Shown one piece after another: positions 62,801 to 64,000 of a stretch of DNA of 64,000 bases (positions are counted from its first letter, which is position 1; each line of letters begins with the position of its first letter). The notes under the pieces are model-generated. The model ran no database searches and was not told where the DNA came from. It saw only the letters and a list, made by a program, of their open reading frames with translations. Source of the stretch: Octopus sinensis (taxonomy: Eukaryota); NCBI RefSeq assembly GCF_006345805.1, contig NC_043013.1, positions 1,054,001-1,118,000 of the forward strand, read 5' to 3'. The position numbers and the translations under genes were made by a program.

Positions 62801-62972
62801 CTAACAGCAACAACTATCCATTGATTAAACGTAGATTATTTTCAAGATCCAATGAAAAGAAAATTTTAAAGTAAATGAGGAAATTACATGATTACCTGAA
62901 CTTTCGTAACATCTTCAAATGATTTTATAAATAAATCTTCATCAACTGCACCAGCGCTGCTTTCTTGCCTTG
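881..62972 (-). CDS. CLASP: CLASP (CLIP-associating protein / Orbit / Mast) gene, partial, 29 coding exons in window, both ends outside
   Basis: Hand-spliced exons join in frame (3062 nt). Translation carries CLASP hallmarks: AGAVDED.FIK.FEDV..VQ, KDLRSQVVREACIT, RSSSDVD, SQSQPSSRSGSP, SAIP, SERSFSS, ERKEGL.GL, RVEL....EIFTRMF.DP, DQTQSPNLKV, SRIITWTTEPKSADVRK, DGATKILHNH, ETENMN..DIY.S, ELSNHN, WDKHFK.VLLILLETL, NQPTRFKDYAELTILK. Confidence 0.97.
1117..1243 (-). CDS. CLASP: CLASP exon, C-terminal domain
   Basis: cag|127 nt|gtcagt; NDERKNAMHLLMKLAIDGKTELWDKHFKPVLLILLETLADDD. Confidence 0.92.
1671..1865 (-). repeat. RTE 3' UTR/tail copy
   Basis: catcatttaatatgtttcccatgctggcatggg...ctggatgcccttcctaac. 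Confidence 0.78.
2068..2134 (-). CDS. CLASP: CLASP exon, start of C-terminal CLIP-interacting domain
   Basis: cag|67 nt|gtaact; GNNQDQDEQIQEILTELSNHNSR; its phase 1 to 2 bridges the neighbours. Confidence 0.92.
3306..3351 (-). ncRNA. Minimal type I hammerhead ribozyme motif, degenerate (GAAA changed to AAAG)
   Basis: Minus strand GACAC-CTGATGA-A-GGCTG-gagggtatat-CAGCC-AAAG-CGTT-GTGTT: helix I GACAC/GTGTT, helix II GGCTG/CAGCC. Confidence 0.65.
3379..5460 (+). pseudogene. Penelope RT + GIY-YIG endonuclease ORF remnant
   Basis: ORF-track fragments 3676-3927, 3966-4274, 4378-4566, 4607-4831 and 4835-5311 are consecutive parts of one polypeptide broken by frameshifts and stops. Confidence 0.9.
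5484..5700 (+). repeat. Penelope 3' terminal repeat (pLTR) with tRNA-like A/B boxes and a partly deleted hammerhead core
   Basis: TGGCATAGTGG (A box) and GTTCGATTCC (B box), then CACCTGATGAAGGCTGGAGG; the same unit recurs at 3227-3378 and 16406-17150. Confidence 0.75.
6730..7191. repeat. Long imperfect palindrome (arms about 6730-6891 and 7047-7191)
   Basis: tggagtaaaggttgtttgccaa...ttggcaaacaatctttactcca; same family as 54766-55007. Confidence 0.85.
6997..7041 (+). ncRNA. Second hammerhead-like motif (type I topology), helix II degenerate
   Basis: TCTGTG-CTGATGA-A-GAGAAATAACCTG-GAAA-T-CACA-A-TA-CACAGA: 6-bp helix I, both core strands present, AUA triplet; helix II has mismatches. Confidence 0.45.
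7985..8297 (-). mobile_element. R4/Dong-like non-LTR element 3' fragment (restriction-like endonuclease)
   Basis: Minus strand IDFPIPYVSRVDAKEIEK..KYRDLARVWKTKTAVLPIVIGVLG...QKNSILYSSRILRKILEI-stop; abuts a TAA/ATT microsatellite. Confidence 0.7.
8326..8540 (+). mobile_element. tRNA-derived SINE family 2 (copies at about 14553-14757 +, 28875-29094 -, 37630-37847 -, 53507-53729 +)
   Basis: gagttcaaattcc B box and conserved core gtYgactttgcctttcatccttt..ggRgtcRat.aa..aagtaccag, which from memory resembles the Meta/MESC SINE central domain. Confidence 0.78.
9217..9302. repeat. (CA)n microsatellite; others include (TA)n 41679-41716 and 43733-43802, (TG)n 47403-47453 and 53787-53835, (CCA)n 45494-45543
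   Basis: Seen directly in sequence. Confidence 0.9.
9421..9496 (-). CDS. CLASP: CLASP exon
   Basis: cag|76 nt|gtaagc; HTLNGYNRTTLSGAMLDVDNELFNE. Confidence 0.88.
10380..10598. mobile_element. hAT (Charlie-type) MITE
   Basis: TIRs CAGTGGTTTTCAACC / GGTTGAAAAACGCTA with perfect 8-bp TSD caatagac at 10372-10379 and 10599-10606. Confidence 0.85.
10639..10885 (-). CDS. CLASP: CLASP exon
   Basis: cag|247 nt|gtaatt; SGEPDEYETENMNPQDIYNSIKKTSADIQNLSY...FYNPSHYQDE. Confidence 0.93.
11307..11425 (-). CDS. CLASP: CLASP exon
   Basis: tag|119 nt|gtataa; DGATKILHNHVKYASSHSDSDVLSPRNATSPVARLRPPS. Confidence 0.92.
12433..12519 (-). CDS. CLASP: CLASP exon, TOG3
   Basis: cag|87 nt|gtaaaa; AAQAVLIALFNLNTAEFSMMLSILPKAFQ. 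Confidence 0.94.
12960..13667 (+). mobile_element. 5'-truncated RTE-clade LINE (ORF2 C-terminus, 3' UTR, GAT-repeat tail)
   Basis: Degenerate ...WYGHVM..DEDSCVKKC.SLTVEGTCGR.RPRK.WDEVVKHDL; 3' UTR gagtggtt..aggaagggcatcc...aaatgatgatgat. Confidence 0.85.
13709..13852 (-). CDS. CLASP: CLASP exon, TOG3
   Basis: cag|144 nt|gtgaga; VKAAVLQYMHALILLMDPSDFNNSSDSRLAVSRIITWTTEPKSADVRK. Confidence 0.95.
15375..15677. mobile_element. hAT (Charlie-type) MITE, older
   Basis: CAGTGGTTCTCAAC...GTTGAGAACCAC; TSD only partly preserved (atataaag / acagaaag). Confidence 0.65.
16745..17052 (+). repeat. RTE 3' UTR/tail copy inserted into the Penelope pLTR unit
   Basis: Same family motifs; ends ggacgttaaacgatgatgat. 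Confidence 0.85.
17066..17111 (+). ncRNA. Minimal type I hammerhead ribozyme motif, degenerate (CTGATGA changed to CTAATGA)
   Basis: GACAC-CTAATGA-A-GGCTG-gagggtatat-CAGCT-GAAA-TGTT-GCGTT; this copy keeps GAAA, which the 3306-3351 copy has lost. Confidence 0.62.
17355..17679 (-). mobile_element. tRNA-derived SINE family 1 (partial copies at about 20240-20425, 25640-25860, 37860-38130, 47925-48088, 53205-53280)
   Basis: Reverse-complement match to 39426-39790 including the B box ggttcagtccc. Confidence 0.8.
18533..18728. repeat. Near-perfect palindrome, about 92-bp arms, 12-nt loop; diverged relative of the 6730 and 54766 family
   Basis: cataacatatgattgccaacc...ggttggcaattatatgttacg; shares ttgccaac, aggac and gccccagga.gacatc..tccagct motifs. 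Confidence 0.85.
21420..22520 (-). mobile_element. Old RTE-type LINE fragment, apurinic endonuclease region
   Basis: Degenerate minus translation: YGMRNEAGSRFMAFCSSNN, NTW, SQIDIILTRK, RLVISDFRL, RKVWNLK; many stops. Confidence 0.65.
22907..22985 (-). CDS. CLASP: CLASP exon, TOG3
   Basis: cag|79 nt|gtattt; ECFPCSLQFSIATRFCIDQTQSPNLK. Confidence 0.93.
24215..24410 (+). repeat. RTE 3' UTR/tail copy
   Basis: gagtggttggcattaggaagggcatccagcc...gttaaacaatgatgatgatgat. Confidence 0.8.
24477..24640 (-). CDS. CLASP: CLASP exon, TOG3
   Basis: cag|164 nt|gtaaga; VLSIFLDILVLLITVHTTELNDWLNILLTKLLNKTGTDVLGSIQTKIQKALETV. Confidence 0.94.
24713..24928. mobile_element. piggyBac-type MITE, family B
   Basis: TTAA-CCCTTT...AAAGGG-TTAA termini. 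Confidence 0.7.
25087..25516. mobile_element. piggyBac-type MITE, family A: older copy with a younger copy nested at 25136-25354
   Basis: Inner TTAACCCTTT...AAAGGGTTAA; outer halves 25087-25135 and 25355-25516 continue each other. Confidence 0.72.
26610..26673 (-). CDS. CLASP: CLASP exon, TOG3
   Basis: cag|64 nt|gtaaga; RVELRKVTEIFTRMFHDPSNK. Confidence 0.94.
26979..27114. mobile_element. piggyBac-type MITE, family A, internally deleted
   Basis: TTAACCCCTTTGCATTGAAACC...GAATGCTGAAGGGTTAA. Confidence 0.68.
27230..27871 (+). repeat. Two RTE 3' UTR/tail copies (about 27230-27540 and 27715-27871)
   Basis: Both end in ttaaacgatgatgatg. Confidence 0.82.
28202..28305 (-). CDS. CLASP: CLASP exon, TOG3
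   Basis: cag|104 nt|gtgagt; DIYEIIRSLSSSSHTERKEGLYGLKNVLLGARVL. Confidence 0.93.
30445..30486 (-). CDS. CLASP: Candidate CLASP 42-nt cassette exon
   Basis: aactaac branch-like site, AG-free pyrimidine tract, rare GAG acceptor, strong CAG|gtaacg donor; phase 0-0; RGDSQSKDSSANEQ. Confidence 0.5.
31054..31586. mobile_element. Non-autonomous mariner derivative with about 80-bp TIRs and TA target duplication
   Basis: TA|CGAGGGTGAGTCAAAAAGTAATGCC...GGCATTACTTTTTGATTCACCCTCG|TA; minus-strand transposase C-terminus (RWNIAVERNGDYVEK) and plus-strand VTGEETWVHHYEPESKRQSMEW. Confidence 0.9.
32748..32858 (-). CDS. CLASP: CLASP exon, linker end
   Basis: cag|111 nt|gtaagt; QSSLRKRYESYDSDDAGSETSSLCSERSFSSYGRTSE. 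Confidence 0.93.
35700..36140 (+). mobile_element. Old CR1-like LINE fragment
   Basis: QLLTLYKGQVRLIKDYCTLTFG resembles the LYKAQVRP.MEYCS.IW block; heavily decayed. Confidence 0.42.
36407..36436 (-). CDS. CLASP: CLASP 30-nt short exon, likely cassette
   Basis: gattttatttcag|GGAGATATAACACAGCGTGGCCTCGGCCAG|gtgagc; phase 0-0; GDITQRGLGQ. Confidence 0.75.
39426..39790 (+). mobile_element. tRNA-derived SINE family 1, body; its head lies at 38726-38745
   Basis: gtagcttgcttaccaaccacatggttctgggttcagtcccactgc...ggtgctccagcacggccacagtcaaatgactgaaac. Confidence 0.8.
39875..39942 (-). CDS. CLASP: CLASP exon, linker
   Basis: tag|68 nt|gtgagt; NVITQRVLRPGSDSEAAIADAL. Confidence 0.92.
40341..40388 (-). 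CDS. CLASP: CLASP 48-nt short exon
   Basis: cttttctcgttgcttctgacag|48 nt|gtaagt; phase 1-1; GRERRLSGSRLSTLQK. Confidence 0.8.
40641..40805 (-). CDS. CLASP: CLASP exon with SxIP (EB1-binding) motif
   Basis: cag|165 nt|gtgagg; SSRSGSPSSRVGYSHHGTSHHSTHHSISTPKARRSAIPRSQGTSRETSPNRSTY. Confidence 0.93.
43308..43409 (-). CDS. CLASP: CLASP exon, linker
   Basis: cag|102 nt|gtaagt; RHKTSSNASSSISGLVSPERGRTRSRIGVSQSQ. Confidence 0.92.
44664..45122 (-). mobile_element. Rex3/Expander-like RTE 3' fragment with GATG-repeat tail
   Basis: Minus strand VLTYGLECCVMTKRVESRIQAAEMEFL..SGITLFNRVHSLEIRE...KPTSRKPKGNPR, ending ggatggatgaactgatggatgg. Confidence 0.75.
46764..46901 (-). CDS. CLASP: CLASP exon, linker
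   Basis: cag|138 nt|gtaagg; DGTRANSTGGIVRSSSDVDLTGSARIYPSFSRATALRLTPDNTRSL. Confidence 0.9.
47086..47115 (-). CDS. CLASP: CLASP 30-nt short exon (acidic), likely cassette
   Basis: polypyrimidine tract..ctgccag|AAGTTGGTGGCGAAGGTGATGATACTGAAG|gtaagc; phase 1-1; EVGGEGDDTE. Confidence 0.72.
49020..49500 (-). mobile_element. Old RTE LINE ORF2 C-terminal fragment (a similar weaker one at about 20460-20820)
   Basis: Degenerate LEVVDY, RGRLYDSC, LHGS, KLGK/NEVS and YGHLMPV-like blocks. Confidence 0.55.
50463..50670 (-). repeat. RTE 3' UTR/tail copy (smaller minus fragments at about 26140-26225 and 58775-58880)
   Basis: catcatcatcatc...ccatgctggcatgggttggacag...ctggatgcccttcc. Confidence 0.75.
52128..52351. 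mobile_element. piggyBac-type MITE, family A
   Basis: TTAACCCTTTAGCATTTAAAC...CTGAATGCTGAAATGGTTAA. Confidence 0.75.
52932..53060 (+). mobile_element. tRNA-headed SINE fragment, third type (reverse copy at about 34190-34300)
   Basis: ggcacatagctcagtggttagggtgttggactc...ggcttcaattcc...ttcttgagcaaaacactttatttcac. Confidence 0.55.
54499..54554 (-). CDS. CLASP: CLASP exon, basic linker
   Basis: tag|56 nt|gtatga; RGGTRRSVTSKVAPSPRQ; its phase 2 to 1 is required to connect the flanking exons. Confidence 0.85.
54766..55007. repeat. Near-perfect 242-bp palindrome, same family as 6730-7191
   Basis: tgtagtaaagattatttgccaac...ttggcaaacaatctttactaca, centre near 54885. Confidence 0.87.
55706..56008 (-). 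repeat. RTE 3' UTR/tail copy, directly adjacent to the 56010-56895 copy
   Basis: catcatcatcatcgcttaacgtccgctttccatgctagcatggg...ggatgcccttcctaacgccaaccactcc. Confidence 0.85.
56010..56895 (-). mobile_element. 5'-truncated RTE LINE, CpG-rich (probably young), with internal 159-bp triplication
   Basis: Minus strand GLTEEMTRDRDLWKYSVREKTRQDK-stop, then UTR and (GAT)n tail ending at 56010. Confidence 0.85.
56288..56740. repeat. Three tandem copies of a 159-bp unit inside the RTE UTR
   Basis: Units start at 56288, 56447 and 56606 (cggcc.cgagtcggatagtgcttttt); each contains a (TTCGAT)n tract. Confidence 0.9.
57347..57550 (-). CDS. CLASP: CLASP exon, end of TOG2 and start of linker
   Basis: cag|204 nt|gtaagt; AYWHFATHFRDQADALLNSLDVSKQKVLQGELSNSSSNNSL...SQDRIGFDSL. 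Confidence 0.93.
58337..58474 (-). CDS. CLASP: CLASP exon, TOG2
   Basis: cag|138 nt|gtaagt; LVCECLKQILLSWPTHILEKHIAILQDAIKRGISDPDSETRAHSR. Confidence 0.94.
58585..58655 (-). CDS. CLASP: CLASP exon, TOG2
   Basis: cag|71 nt|gtaagt; FTHSSKFIPIITGNFSSKNSIIR. Confidence 0.92.
59812..59947 (-). CDS. CLASP: CLASP exon, TOG2
   Basis: tag|136 nt|gtattt; FISQQLGNKCDHFAEAMLQNLIALVSNTAKVMATSGAVCIRFLIQ. Confidence 0.94.
60167..60312 (-). CDS. CLASP: CLASP exon, TOG2
   Basis: tag|146 nt|gtaagt; LRLVRALLICGAADYEDFYSMLRTLEPAFCLAIKDLRSQVVREACITT. Confidence 0.95.
60963..61055 (-). CDS. CLASP: CLASP exon, TOG2
   Basis: cag|93 nt|gtaaga; IYSCKDIQTHFTKVKDTLGDSNNDWEKRVES. Confidence 0.93.
61328..61570. mobile_element. 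piggyBac-type MITE, family A (a further partial copy lies at about 675-832)
   Basis: Reverse orientation to the 52128 copy; ends TTTAAATGCTAAAAGGGTTAA. Confidence 0.72.
61822..62441 (+). mobile_element. CR1-clade LINE 3' fragment with ATT-repeat tail
   Basis: MVRPHLEFASPVWNPYLAQDINRLEAIQRCATKRIP...YYERL..L...LKLRRLAADL...RVAEAWDKLP; (ATT)n at 62424-62441. Confidence 0.85.
62896..62972 (-). CDS. CLASP: CLASP exon, start of TOG2 region
   Basis: cag|77 nt|gtaatc, phase 1 to 0; RQESSAGAVDEDLFIKSFEDVTKVQ. Confidence 0.93.
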
Positions 62973-64000
62973 CTGTAAAATAAACATGAGAATTGATTTA
63001 GCTAGAAAACAAGTCTAACAAAAGAGCTCTTAATAATAGTCTTCGACATAAAGACATATCAGCATTCTGAGGGAAAATAAATTTAAATATTAATTTTTCT
63101 TTTTTTTATTAAGGAAAACAAAAAAAAACACTTCCCAAAAGATTCTGAGGTAAAACATTTTTAATCTTAATATGATATCCTGCCAATTGTTTATATTCAG
63201 CAGTTCAAGAAAAGAAAATTCTTTGGTTAAGTATTACAAATGTTTACACTTTTTAACCAAATAAAACATTTTAAAATCACAAATAATTAGACAAAAAAAT
63301 TAGCTATATATATACACACACACACACACACACGAGAGGAAAAGACAGACAGACAGACAAAGAGGTGAAGTGACTTAATTGCTGAGTTGATGGGAGAAAT
63401 AGGCAGAGTAGCCTACAAGAAATTGCTGTAAAATTAGCAAAGTAACATTTCTCACTAATATGAGAAAGAATTCACAACTTCTCTATTAAATTACTTTCCA
63501 AGACATTACTTTAGACTGTATATGTATGTACACATACATATGCATGCACACAATATTGCCTTACTAATTTTAACAGAAATTTTGAGCCATACTGAACGTC
63601 TGTAGAGAACAATTGAGTAGAGAAGACAAACCAGCAATGAACAAAGCACAAACTACCAATGAGACGTTGTTCTGAGGAGGACTGTTCATAGATGAACATG
63701 CCCAGAACAACAGAATAAGCTGGGACTATAATTTATGAAATATTTAATCTAAGCTACTGGGCTCTTTCTTATTGCTTCATGCAATTACTGCTTACATGAG
63801 CACTTACAAACACCTCTCTCTCTCCCTCTCATGTGTGTAAAGAAAAACAAAAACAATATTAGAGAGAATCTAATCCACAATACAAAACTTGGTTTCCCTC
63901 AGTTCATACCTCAATATGGCTCCCTAAAAATGTTATCACCTCAACATTGCAATAATATATAGTCTTGGCTTTGGTGCAATTATTCGAAACGCATACTAAA

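Noticed and set aside
63511-63699. Minus-strand ORF with a gtaagg donor, a possible alternative first exon
   Set aside because: The donor is phase 0 in that frame while the next exon needs phase 1, and the peptide has no CLASP similarity.

Overview
AT-rich, intron-rich animal genomic DNA, most likely an octopus (inferred from my recognition of the SINE, MITE and RTE-tail repeats, not from a database hit). The window is almost entirely the middle-to-3' part of one minus-strand gene, CLASP (CLIP-associating protein; Orbit/Mast/Chb family). I traced 29 GT-AG coding exons by hand between 62972 and 881 (3062 nt, about 1020 codons, every junction phase-consistent). They encode TOG2, the Ser/Arg-rich linker with an SxIP motif, TOG3 and most of the C-terminal CLIP-interacting domain. 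Start and stop codons lie outside the window. Four of these exons are short (30-48 nt), frame-preserving cassette candidates; one of them (42 nt) has only moderate support. The introns hold a decayed Penelope-like element (RT + GIY-YIG) with an inverted 5' terminal repeat, many RTE LINE remnants, CR1-like, Rex3-like and R4/Dong-like fragments, a rearranged mariner, hAT and piggyBac-type MITEs, two tRNA-derived SINE families and long palindromes. The most notable non-genic signals are (i) a Penelope terminal repeat that joins a tRNA-like Pol III promoter to a minimal hammerhead ribozyme and also occurs as an ORF-less head-to-head palindrome, and (ii) a second, unrelated hammerhead-like motif in the spacer of a long palindrome. 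No hammerhead copy here is fully intact. Repeat boundaries are approximate; exon boundaries were checked base by base.
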